A stretch of 64,000 bases of DNA, taken from positions 1,691 to 65,690 of the forward strand of contig JANMHS010000012.1 in assembly GCA_031375385.1 (NCBI GenBank). Direction: 5' to 3'. The stretch's first letter is position 1, and each line of letters opens with the position of its first letter. Below, in pieces: positions 1 to 8,721 of this stretch. The notes under the pieces were generated by a model that was not told where the DNA came from, ran no database searches, and saw only the letters and a program-made list of their open reading frames with translations. Source of the stretch: Synechococcales cyanobacterium OTE_70_metabat_200 (GTDB taxonomy: Bacteria > Cyanobacteriota > Cyanobacteriia > Cyanobacteriales > Chamaesiphonaceae). The position numbers and the translations under genes were made by a program.

Positions 1-35
1 AATCAGATGTGCTGCAAGAGCTTATTCGTAAGCTC

Positions 36-69
36 AAAAATAAAAAGCCGTCCTAGAAGGACGGGGCTT
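36..69 (-). terminator. Intrinsic terminator of the STAND/WD40 gene
   Basis: Minus strand reads GCCCCGTCC-TTCTA-GGACGGC (plus 47..67; the stop codon 53..55 lies in the loop). It is followed by TTTTTATTTTT (plus A-run 36..46). Confidence 0.65.
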
Positions 70-3000
70 GAGTCCCATTTTCTCGGTCAATCGCCCCCAA
101 GACCCTCAGGGTAGCCAGCTGAGCATCGGCCAAGCCTTTGATATCATTGATTTTCATCCCCTCATAGGGACGCAGGGGTTTCCAGCTATGCAAACATGCA
201 GCGGTTTCCAGATCCCAGACCTTAATAATTTCATCGGAGCCACCGCTAAAAGCTACCAACTGTTCCGGCCCATGCTCGGATAACTGCACATTAACCACAT
301 CCAGGGCATAGACCAAACCCTGATGACCAGCCAGGGTCCGGATACATTCGCCAGTGGCCACATCCCAAACCTTCAGCACACTATCTAAACCACCACTGAC
401 GATCGCCAGATCATCCGGACTAAAGCAAGCCTTGAGAATTGGAGCTTGGTGGCCTACAAAGGTGCGCACGCATTCTCCCGTAGATACATTCCAGAGCTTC
501 AGGGTTTGGTCGTAGCTAGAGCTAACCAACCAATTACCATCGGAGCTAAAGTTCACGGACCAAACGCTATTGCCATGAGCCTGAATAGTTCTGCGGCATT
601 CACCGCTATGGCAATCCCAAAACTCGACTGTGCCATCGAAGCCGCTACTGGCCAACAGGTGACCATTGGGACTAAAAGCCACAGCTACCGCCGGACTGCT
701 CCGATCTGACAAGACTAGCAGACATTCCCCACTATCCACATCCCAGAGCTTCACGGTTCGATCGTAACTACTGCTAGCCAGCCACCGGCCATCGGGACTA
801 AAAGCGACCATCCAGACCCAACTTGTGTGGCCTTCGATGGTTTTCAGGCATTTTTCAGCTCGCCAATCCCACAGCTTAATCTTGTAATCGCTACTGCTAC
901 TGGCCAAGATTTGACCATTGGGGCTGAACTTAGTCGACCAGATGCGATTGCTATGCTCCCGGAGATGATAGACAATTTTGCCCGTATAGATATCCCAAAT
1001 ACGAATAGTAGTATCCTCATATCCACCTACCAAATATCGGCGATCCGGACTAACATCCAGCGACACCACCCCATTGGCATGACCGACAATCGTATTAATA
1101 CAGCGGCCCAAATCCAGGTCCCAAATTTTGGTGCTGTGGTCGTCACCACCGCTGCCAATCAGCTTGCCATCGGGATGAAAGGCTACGCTCCAGACCCGAT
1201 CGCGGTGACCCAACAGCGTCTTCAGGCATTTACCTGTTTTCACTTCCCAGAGCTTGATACTGCGATCGAAACTGCTGCTAGCTAGGTGCTGACCATCGGG
1301 ACTAAAGGCCAAGTCACTCACGGTCTGTTGGTGGCCGCGCAAAATATGTAGTGGCTGCGGATCCGACCTTTGGCCGAGCTGCGGACAGGGCCAAATTTTA
1401 ATGGTGCGATCATAACTACAGGTAGCAATCGATCGGCCATTGGGACTAAAGGCAACGGCTCTGACCCAGTTATCATGGGCCTGCCAACTAAAAAAGCATT
1501 CGCCCGTCGCCACATCCCAGAGCCGCACCATATTGTCTTCGCCACCACTGACCAGCGTCAGACCATCGGGACTGAAGCCGATCGACCAGACGCGACTATT
1601 ATGACCGGCCAGGGTAAATATTTCTGGATTACCATTGGGGTGAACTTGCCAGAGACGAATGGTATGGTCTTGGGAAGCAGTGGCTAGCACCCGACCATCG
1701 AGACTGAATGCTACCGTATTCACTGGTCGGCTGTGGCCGCTATAGAGGCACAGCAGCTCACCACTATGCACATCCCACAACCGGAGTAAATAGTCATCGC
1801 CCACGCTGGCTAGATATTGGCTATCTGGGCTAAAACTGATATCCCAGGCCCAATGCTGATGACCAGAACAACAGACCCTTTGTTCTACGGTTCCCACATC
1901 CCAAATTTGCACAACCCCTTTGTTATCACTGGTAGCCAAATTTTGGCCATCGGGGCTAAAGGCAATTCCTAAAATATCACCAAAGGTTTCCGTAAAAACA
2001 GTCTGGCTGAGGTGACTCCCCCGAAAATCCACATCATGGAGTAGGACATTACGCAGAAATGCCTGACGAATATTCAGGTGCGAAAAATCGCAGCTCGTCA
2101 AATCACTTTGGAGGTAGCACAACAAATTGATGATATTACCAACTCCATAGCCAGTATTAGCAGCATTTTGGTACCGAAAGGTGGAGAGCAGTTGGCGCAA
2201 ATATGCGACCATTTGAGACTGTCCGCCAAAGTGATTCAGCAACATTTCCACCAGGGGTTTCAGAATCAACTGGATCTGGGTTTCCCGCAGAAAGTCTTTA
2301 GTCTGAGCCTCGATCAAGGCATGGGATTTAAAAAAGATTAGTTCTCCCTGAATAATTTCCCTCACAATCTGCTGAATCAGCTGCTCGGTCATATATTCCA
2401 TAATCACGGGCTGTTGAGTCAAACCTCGCCGATCGGTTTCAATCAAGGAACGCTCGTGGAGAGTTTCCAGTGTTTCCAGCAGCTTGGCAGTACTGGTTGG
2501 CCCTAACAACTTGGCTTTCAGATTAGCTGGAGTGATACTTTCCCGATTGATCGCCAGCCAATACATAATCTGTTTCTGGAGAGTAGAAAGTCTCTCAAAC
2601 TGCTGATTTAATAGCTTCCAGAGATCACCAAAGACCACGCCTTGTTCTAGAAATGCCTGAATATCGCCGGAGAAAAGATTTTGAATCACAGTGGCGGCAA
2701 TTTTCACGGCCAAGGGATTACCGCTAAAGTAGTTCACCAGAGTCTGCTGTCGATCGGGAGCATCTTCTAGACCTTTGTCCTTGAGGATACATTGGGCTGA
2801 TTCGATCGACAGGCCCACTAGTTGCAGCGATCGCACAGGTAGATTGCTGCCTGCACGCAGGGTCAGACCATTAGGCTTTTCCCGCCCCGTCAAAATCAGA
2901 CAGCTTTGATGGCTTTCATCGGCAATGCGCTCCAGCATCTGACCATAAGCTTCATAGCCGGCTAGAAATTCACCGCTCCGGTCACCTGGCTCCAAAATGG

Positions 3001-3613
3001 ATTCTACGTTGTCTAATACCAATAAACAACGTCGCTCCCGCAGTTGCTGCATCAACAAAGCCAGGGAATTCTCTGGTCCTAGATCGCCACCGGTCAAAAC
3101 TGGTAGTATTTCGTCTAATAAAGCTTGGGGCGTGGGTGTTTGCCGCAGACTCCGCCAGATCATCACCTCAAACTGGCACCGCACCTCCTGGGAAATTCGC
3201 ACCGAGAGCGTGGTTTTGCCCATACCGCCAGAGCCAAATATTCCCACCAGCCGACAGCAATCGGTCAAAATCCACCGGCTCAGGGTTGTAAAGTCCTGTT
3301 CTCTGCCATAGAACTGCTGTACGTCGATCGCCTCACCCCAATCTACAATCTTTGCATCACAGCGAGACTGCATGATCGATCGCAGATTGCTTTTGGAAAT
3401 TTTTTCGCCAGTCAGCTCGGAAAAATATTTCCAGAGACTGGAAGCCACCTGCCTAATATAACCCGCATCATAGTCTAACTCTTCAGCTATTTTGTCGTAG
3501 GACTTTCGCTCCCAAACCCCCAACAACACCGTTTGCTGAACATCTTTGAGTTTAGGCTGTTTCTTGCTTTCTAGAAACTGTTCGATGGCACGGAGAGCTC
3601 TTTTTCCATCCAT
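53..3613 (-). CDS. STAND NTPase: N-terminal HTH-like domain, NACHT/NB-ARC P-loop, short pentapeptide-like segment, 14 WD40 repeats
   Basis: 1186 aa ORF. Walker A is GIFGSGGMGKTTLS and Walker B is LLVLDNVE. The N-terminus (DKIAEELDYDAGYIRQVASSL) resembles a sigma70-r4/LuxR-type HTH. Fourteen units of the form GH..V.S.AFSPDG..LAS.S.D.T.KLWDV can be counted, enough for two 7-bladed propellers. Confidence 0.9.
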   Translation of the reverse strand: MDGKRALRAIEQFLESKKQPKLKDVQQTVLLGVWERKSYDKIAEELDYDAGYIRQVASSLWKYFSELTGEKISKSNLRSIMQSRCDAKIVDWGEAIDVQQFYGREQDFTTLSRWILTDCCRLVGIFGSGGMGKTTLSVRISQEVRCQFEVMIWRSLRQTPTPQALLDEILPVLTGGDLGPENSLALLMQQLRERRCLLVLDNVESILEPGDRSGEFLAGYEAYGQMLERIADESHQSCLILTGREKPNGLTLRAGSNLPVRSLQLVGLSIESAQCILKDKGLEDAPDRQQTLVNYFSGNPLAVKIAATVIQNLFSGDIQAFLEQGVVFGDLWKLLNQQFERLSTLQKQIMYWLAINRESITPANLKAKLLGPTSTAKLLETLETLHERSLIETDRRGLTQQPVIMEYMTEQLIQQIVREIIQGELIFFKSHALIEAQTKDFLRETQIQLILKPLVEMLLNHFGGQSQMVAYLRQLLSTFRYQNAANTGYGVGNIINLLCYLQSDLTSCDFSHLNIRQAFLRNVLLHDVDFRGSHLSQTVFTETFGDILGIAFSPDGQNLATSDNKGVVQIWDVGTVEQRVCCSGHQHWAWDISFSPDSQYLASVGDDYLLRLWDVHSGELLCLYSGHSRPVNTVAFSLDGRVLATASQDHTIRLWQVHPNGNPEIFTLAGHNSRVWSIGFSPDGLTLVSGGEDNMVRLWDVATGECFFSWQAHDNWVRAVAFSPNGRSIATCSYDRTIKIWPCPQLGQRSDPQPLHILRGHQQTVSDLAFSPDGQHLASSSFDRSIKLWEVKTGKCLKTLLGHRDRVWSVAFHPDGKLIGSGGDDHSTKIWDLDLGRCINTIVGHANGVVSLDVSPDRRYLVGGYEDTTIRIWDIYTGKIVYHLREHSNRIWSTKFSPNGQILASSSSDYKIKLWDWRAEKCLKTIEGHTSWVWMVAFSPDGRWLASSSYDRTVKLWDVDSGECLLVLSDRSSPAVAVAFSPNGHLLASSGFDGTVEFWDCHSGECRRTIQAHGNSVWSVNFSSDGNWLVSSSYDQTLKLWNVSTGECVRTFVGHQAPILKACFSPDDLAIVSGGLDSVLKVWDVATGECIRTLAGHQGLVYALDVVNVQLSEHGPEQLVAFSGGSDEIIKVWDLETAACLHSWKPLRPYEGMKINDIKGLADAQLATLRVLGAIDRENGTQAPSF

Positions 3614-3702
3614 TATTGAAGCTTGATTAGTGGATGTGGCTCCTTAGTATACCGCGACTCCGGGCGCGTGATTCGTGGCCAAATCCATGGGCACTATCGG
3701 CA

Positions 3703-4854
3703 CTAGCTGGGCAAAATGCCACTGCGACTAAGGGTGCGGTCGATCTGCTCCAACAGGGCAAAGTCAGCAGCGGGCAACTGGCGACCTTTGGTCAGAAAGC
3801 CGAAAGCCTGTCGCCAGTCATCCCGATCGGCGGTGATGGGAGCCGCCAAGTGGCAGGAGATGATCGTCTGAAAATCCCAAGCTGCCACCCGTTCCACCCA
3901 AGCCAGGGTTTGGTCGGGACTACGATTCAAAATGAGCTGCTGTAAAATGGGGGCAACCAGGGGCCGACCTTCGTTGCAAATGGCCTGAAAAGATTGCTCC
4001 CATTGGTTTTGCCAGTGGAAGGGATAGAGACCAAAAAAGGCTCGGCGAGAGCGATCGGACGCGGAGCCAGCGGCCTGGAACATGGGCAGGGTACGAGCAA
4101 TCTCCAAACAGTCCGGTCGGAAATAGAAGGTAAAGAGTACGACTCGTTGCCAGCCCCGGCGGCGGTTCTCCAGGGTATCTATAATTTCTTGATCCCCGCG
4201 CTCCCGGGCGTGGAAAAGGAGGGGATAGGGATCGAGCTGGACGATCGGGGGCGGTTCTGAAGGCACGGAAACGATCACATCGGTGGTCAGCAGGATTTGG
4301 AACTCTCGATCGAACAGTGCCACCTCCGAGAACTTGCCGATCCCCAGATGAATGGGTTCTAGGATGGCTAGATCAAAGCGATCGCCAAAGGGATGTTGGT
4401 CTTCGGTTAAAACTTGAGTGCGCCCCCTGGGCAGTCCTAGCCAACTCAGCGGCAAGTTCAACGGAAAGCTCCACTGCTCCGGGGCCACATAGACAGTGGC
4501 GCTGGGATAGTGATGGGCAAAAGGCCCGACAAAGACCTTGTGTTCTAGGCCAGAAATGGTGGGCAGAATAATATGCCTAACATCTCCATACTGAGCCACT
4601 AGTTCATCCACTAGCTGTAAGCATTCGGGCGTGGGGGCGATCGGAGCGTAGATTAGCAATCCGCCAGTTTTCAGGCGCAGCACGGTCATGCGCAGGGGCG
4701 TGACCACATAGAGCACCCCTTGAATTTGCTCGCAGACCCACACCCACTCCGGGACAATGGCTTGGCGGAGGGTGCGGCGTTGGCCGTAGGGATAGAGGGG
4801 CACGGGCCACCACCAACGCCATTGCCAATCGGGGGATGAGACTGCGGACTCCAA
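3703..4854 (-). CDS. Conserved hypothetical protein, DUF4336-like
   Basis: 383 aa ORF with a W-rich N-terminus (WQWRWWWPVPLYPYGQRR) and an overall pattern recalled from the cyanobacterial/plant DUF4336 family. The family assignment is from memory only. Confidence 0.55.
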   Translation of the reverse strand: MESAVSSPDWQWRWWWPVPLYPYGQRRTLRQAIVPEWVWVCEQIQGVLYVVTPLRMTVLRLKTGGLLIYAPIAPTPECLQLVDELVAQYGDVRHIILPTISGLEHKVFVGPFAHHYPSATVYVAPEQWSFPLNLPLSWLGLPRGRTQVLTEDQHPFGDRFDLAILEPIHLGIGKFSEVALFDREFQILLTTDVIVSVPSEPPPIVQLDPYPLLFHARERGDQEIIDTLENRRRGWQRVVLFTFYFRPDCLEIARTLPMFQAAGSASDRSRRAFFGLYPFHWQNQWEQSFQAICNEGRPLVAPILQQLILNRSPDQTLAWVERVAAWDFQTIISCHLAAPITADRDDWRQAFGFLTKGRQLPAADFALLEQIDRTLSRSGILPS

Positions 4855-5026
4855 GATTTTTCTCCTCGGCTCTTACAATGCCTAGTTCATCCTACATTGC
4901 CGAGAGCCTGCAAAATATCCAACCTAGTGATTATTTTTATACCAACATTGGGCATATTTAATCTGTAGTTTCCAGTTTCTCAAGTCAGGCTCTTGGCAGT
5001 TCTGAACAAGGTACAAATTTAAATAT

Positions 5027-6238
5027 ATGAAGATTCAAGCTGGCGAAATCTTTATTGCTTTACAAACCATTCAAGATGAGAAGTTCACGGGCACCGCGAA
5101 CTTTGAGAGCTTGGCGGAAAATACGGAGCAGAGTTTTTCCGGTACTTTGCTCAATTCCGCCAAATACATCTTCGCCTTCCATGAAGGCTCGATCGTTTAC
5201 GTGGGCAAAAAGCTACCAACCCCCATGGAGTTTGCTAACTGGATGCGCAGCAAAATGAAGCTGCACCATCTAGAATCCACCCTGAATGTGGTGTCTTCCC
5301 GGATTAAAAATGAAAGCTCCCTACGCGAGCTACTGGATTTCATCTCGCGCTTTGGTCTGGTGCGTTGGGAAGACCTGGAAATGGTGATGCACAAAGAAAT
5401 TGCCATTATCATGGAGCAGCTCATGCTCTACCCCGGAGCTTTTGCCGACAAAATCAGCAGCAATGGCTTTGACCTATCCTATGGCGAAGATCGCCACGGC
5501 CTGAGCTTATTAAGCATCCGCAAAGCCCTGAACCAGCGCCAACAAATGTGGAAATCCTTAGCTCCCAACATCTCGCCGCAGACTACACCCCTATTGCGCC
5601 TGGAGGAATCGGATAAAATCACGCCTTCGGTGCTGCCCCATTTACAAAAATGGGCCAATGGCAAATTTAAGATCAAAGAAATTGCCACTACCTGCGGGGA
5701 AGACCCCTTGCAACTAGCCCAAGCTTATTTACTGTGGGCCGAGCAGGGCTGGATCGAACTACGCCAGGGCCAGACAGTACGATACGGGAGTACCCGTCCT
5801 GCGGGATCGGCTCCCACGGTGCTCCAAGTAGATAACCAGGTAGATCCGGGCGAAGATCGACGGCCGATCATTCTGAGCTTAGATGACAGCAAAATTGTGC
5901 AGACAATGATCAAAAAAGCCGTGGGCGATATCTACAACGTAGTGCTGGCGGAGAATGCCTTGGATGCCATGGAGATACTCAACCGCCAAAAGGTTTCCTT
6001 GATGCTGTTGGATGTGACCATGCCCGATGTGGATGGCTTAGAGCTATGCCGGAATATTCGGGCCATTAATAAATTCAAAGATTTGCCGATCGTGATGCTC
6101 ACAGCCAAAGATGGGCTGATCGACAAAATCAAGAGCCAGTTCGCCGGTTCCACCCACTACTTAACCAAGCCAGTCGATCGCGAAAAGCTATTACCCACGT
6201 TGGAAAAGTACATCTCTAAAGCCCCTGTTGCTAGATAG
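5027..6238 (+). CDS. PatA-type response regulator (PATAN/DUF4388 N-domain plus C-terminal REC), PilG/PixG/HmpA-like
   Basis: 403 aa. The C-terminal receiver reads ILSLDDS...LMLLDVTMPDVDGLELC...PIVMLTAKDG...YLTKP. A long N-terminal non-REC domain is typical of PatA-family regulators. It is the first gene of a che-like operon. Confidence 0.85.
   Translation: MKIQAGEIFIALQTIQDEKFTGTANFESLAENTEQSFSGTLLNSAKYIFAFHEGSIVYVGKKLPTPMEFANWMRSKMKLHHLESTLNVVSSRIKNESSLRELLDFISRFGLVRWEDLEMVMHKEIAIIMEQLMLYPGAFADKISSNGFDLSYGEDRHGLSLLSIRKALNQRQQMWKSLAPNISPQTTPLLRLEESDKITPSVLPHLQKWANGKFKIKEIATTCGEDPLQLAQAYLLWAEQGWIELRQGQTVRYGSTRPAGSAPTVLQVDNQVDPGEDRRPIILSLDDSKIVQTMIKKAVGDIYNVVLAENALDAMEILNRQKVSLMLLDVTMPDVDGLELCRNIRAINKFKDLPIVMLTAKDGLIDKIKSQFAGSTHYLTKPVDREKLLPTLEKYISKAPVAR
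5780..5808 (+). repeat. 29-bp dispersed intragenic element, copy 1
   Basis: CGATACGGGAGTACCCGTCCTGCGGGATC lies inside the PatA-type RR linker. The same element occurs reverse-complemented at 13630..13658 and 45623..45651. Confidence 0.8.
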
Positions 6239-6246
6239 CTCTACCT

Positions 6247-7281
6247 ATGAATTCTCAAACCTACTTGATTTGCCATTTGCAGCATCTGCAATACGCCATT
6301 CCCACCGACTTTGTCCGGGAAATCTTTCCTTTACCAGAGCTGCAAGCCCTGCCGGAGACCCCTGGTGATATCTTAGGCACCCTCGATCTGCATGGCACTT
6401 TGGTGCCGGTGCTGCATCTGGGCCAGCGGGTCAGCCGGGTCACGCCCCTTTGTACGGCGATCGATACGGTGGTGATGATGGCCACCGAGAAACAACGGGC
6501 CGGTTTGGTGGTCGATCGCGCCAGTGATGTGCTGGTAATTCCACCAGAATCTATCCAAAAAGACTTGGCCTTTGGTCGCCAAGGCCACACCAACCCGGCT
6601 TTCTTGAGCGGCATCGTCAATCTAGAGGGCCAGAACGTGATGGTGCTGAACCCCACGGCCTTGCTCTCCCTGGCCGATGAAGTGGCGGACTGGGTGTGGG
6701 CGGTGGAAAACAACAACGAATCCATGGACCCAGCAGTCCAGCACTCGACCACCGCCACTTTCTACGATCGCTATTTCCCCACGGCCACCCCGGCCCAGCG
6801 ACTGCTCTTGCAGTCCCGAGCTGCGGAGTTGCGATCGGTGTTTCAGGAAAGCGACGAGAGCCAGAAAATTCCCTTGGCCGTCTTTGACTTGGCCGGCGAA
6901 TACTTTGGCCTAGCCCTCTCCTTGGTGCGGGAATTTATTACCACCCAGAACATTCAACCAATGCCCTGCACCCCCCTGCGGATTATCGGCAACATGAATC
7001 TGCGCGGCGAAATCATGACCATGGTAGATCTGCGGCTGGCCCTGAACCTCCCCCGGCGGAAAGAACCCCACCAGCAAGCGGTGGTGGCTCAAATCGGCGA
7101 GGTGGTGGCCGGGATTTCGATCGACGAGCTGCACGATATCCTCTATCTGGATCCGGCGGCCCTCGATCCGGTGCCCGTGGCCAACAAAAACGGTCGGGGC
7201 ATCTATGTCCAAAGCACCACTCCTTACCGCGATCGGGTGCTGAACCTGCTCGACCTCCCCAAACTGTTGGAACTAGCCTAA
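6247..7281 (+). CDS. cheW: CheW-like coupling protein with two CheW domains
   Basis: 344 aa. Two tandem CheW-like segments are present (...YAIPTDFVREI...G.LDLHGTLVPVL... and ...LAVFDLAGEYFGL...GNMNLRGEIMTMVDL...). Its position lies between the RR and the MCP. Confidence 0.85.
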   Translation: MNSQTYLICHLQHLQYAIPTDFVREIFPLPELQALPETPGDILGTLDLHGTLVPVLHLGQRVSRVTPLCTAIDTVVMMATEKQRAGLVVDRASDVLVIPPESIQKDLAFGRQGHTNPAFLSGIVNLEGQNVMVLNPTALLSLADEVADWVWAVENNNESMDPAVQHSTTATFYDRYFPTATPAQRLLLQSRAAELRSVFQESDESQKIPLAVFDLAGEYFGLALSLVREFITTQNIQPMPCTPLRIIGNMNLRGEIMTMVDLRLALNLPRRKEPHQQAVVAQIGEVVAGISIDELHDILYLDPAALDPVPVANKNGRGIYVQSTTPYRDRVLNLLDLPKLLELA

Positions 7282-7323
7282 TTTAAACTTTCACCTCTAC
7301 CTTTTTTACGGAGTCTATCTACC

Positions 7324-8682
7324 ATGAAAATTACTACCAGCCTTAAATTAACTGTTGCCGGTTTGACAGGAATCGCCGTTTTTGGTGCTATCTCCGTACA
7401 GTCCGGGATTAACGCTTTGAAAGATGATACGAAAGTTGTAAACGCTACCGGTGTGATTCGGGGGAGTTCCCAACGGGTGGCAAAGCTAGAACTCGCCGGT
7501 ACTCCAGATAATGAGCTGATTTCAAAAATTGATAGCACCCTAGTGGGGTTAATTAAGGGCGATAGTGCCATGGGGATTACGGCTGCCGATAACAAAGAAT
7601 TTTTGGCATCTCTAAAAACCTTACAAACAGCTTGGAATAAACTAAAAAGTACGGTGATCGCTCACCGCAGCAATCCCAATCTAGCGAACCAATTGCTGGC
7701 CGACAGTGACAATTTGTATAACCTCGCCAACGAAGCGGTAACGGCAGCTGACAAAGCCGGTGGATCCAACGTAGACCGAGCAAAAAACATTGAGTATTTC
7801 GTGCTATTCACCAACTTATTGGCCTTGGGCTTTATTTTGTTGGTAACCCAGAGAATTGGTCGAGCATTGAATGACTCCACCACCAGTGTTGCTAGTACTT
7901 CCCAGAAAATTGCCGACACCGTAGAACTTCAGGAGCGGCTGCTCTCGGAACAGGCTGACTCCGTCCGCCAAACTACCACGACCATTGAAGAATTGGGTTC
8001 TTCTTCCATGCAATCGGCCATGAAGGCCGAAAACTCTGCCTCCGAAGCCCAAAAAGCCTTGAATCTATCAGAAACTGGTTCTGCCACAGTAGCTCGGACC
8101 ATCGACGGTATTATGGACTTACGGGCGAAGGTAGAAGAAATCGCCAGCAAGATTATGCAACTGAGCGAACAAACCGGTCAGATTGCGACGGTATCGGATC
8201 TGGTGGCCGACATTGCGAACCAAACCAACATGCTCTCTCTGAACGCCGCGGTAGAAGCCGCCCGCGCTGGCGAACAGGGCAAGGGTTTCGCGGTGGTAGC
8301 CGGGGAAGTACGGAAACTAGCCGATCAAAGTAAAAAGTCTGCGGAAAAAATCAACATCCTGATTGCAGAAATTCAAGCTTCCATTAACAACACCGTAATG
8401 GTGACCGACGAAGGCACCAAGACGGCGGCGAAGGGCATTAACCTAGCAGCAGATACCGCCGAAGCCTTCGCGGGGATTGAAAAAGCCATTAACTCCGTGT
8501 TTGCCAACACCCAAGATATCTCAATCAGCTCCAAGCGGCAGGCAATTACCGTACAGCAGGCCGTAGCAGCGATCAACGCCATCAACTTAGGCTCCCAAGA
8601 AACTGCTTCTGGAGTAGCCCAAGTAAAATCTGCGACCAACGACCTGGTAACCACCTCCAACCAACTGCAAGCGCTCGTTTAA
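7324..8682 (+). CDS. Methyl-accepting chemotaxis protein, PilJ/HmpD-like
   Basis: 452 aa with an N-terminal TM and a PilJ-type periplasmic segment ([15 protein letters not shown]), then a second TM. The conserved signalling hairpin is [39 protein letters not shown]. Confidence 0.9.
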   Translation: MKITTSLKLTVAGLTGIAVFGAISVQSGINALKDDTKVVNATGVIRGSSQRVAKLELAGTPDNELISKIDSTLVGLIKGDSAMGITAADNKEFLASLKTLQTAWNKLKSTVIAHRSNPNLANQLLADSDNLYNLANEAVTAADKAGGSNVDRAKNIEYFVLFTNLLALGFILLVTQRIGRALNDSTTSVASTSQKIADTVELQERLLSEQADSVRQTTTTIEELGSSSMQSAMKAENSASEAQKALNLSETGSATVARTIDGIMDLRAKVEEIASKIMQLSEQTGQIATVSDLVADIANQTNMLSLNAAVEAARAGEQGKGFAVVAGEVRKLADQSKKSAEKINILIAEIQASINNTVMVTDEGTKTAAKGINLAADTAEAFAGIEKAINSVFANTQDISISSKRQAITVQQAVAAINAINLGSQETASGVAQVKSATNDLVTTSNQLQALV

Positions 8683-8721
8683 CCGCCGCCCTTTGACCCC
8701 ACACCTGATGTGATAACGACT

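Noticed and set aside
446-1687. Series of plus-strand ORFs (87-152 aa) antisense to the WD40 region
   Set aside because: They lie fully inside the 1186 aa minus-strand gene and have repetitive low-information sequences that mirror the WD40 repeat periodicity. They are typical antisense artefacts of repeat-rich GC-biased coding DNA.
4861-4925. Imperfect stem-loop (CTCGG..CAATG / CATTG..CCGAG) between the DUF4336 gene start (4854) and the che operon
   Set aside because: The stems are short and interrupted, with no U-tract and no second copy. There is not enough evidence to call it an RNA element.
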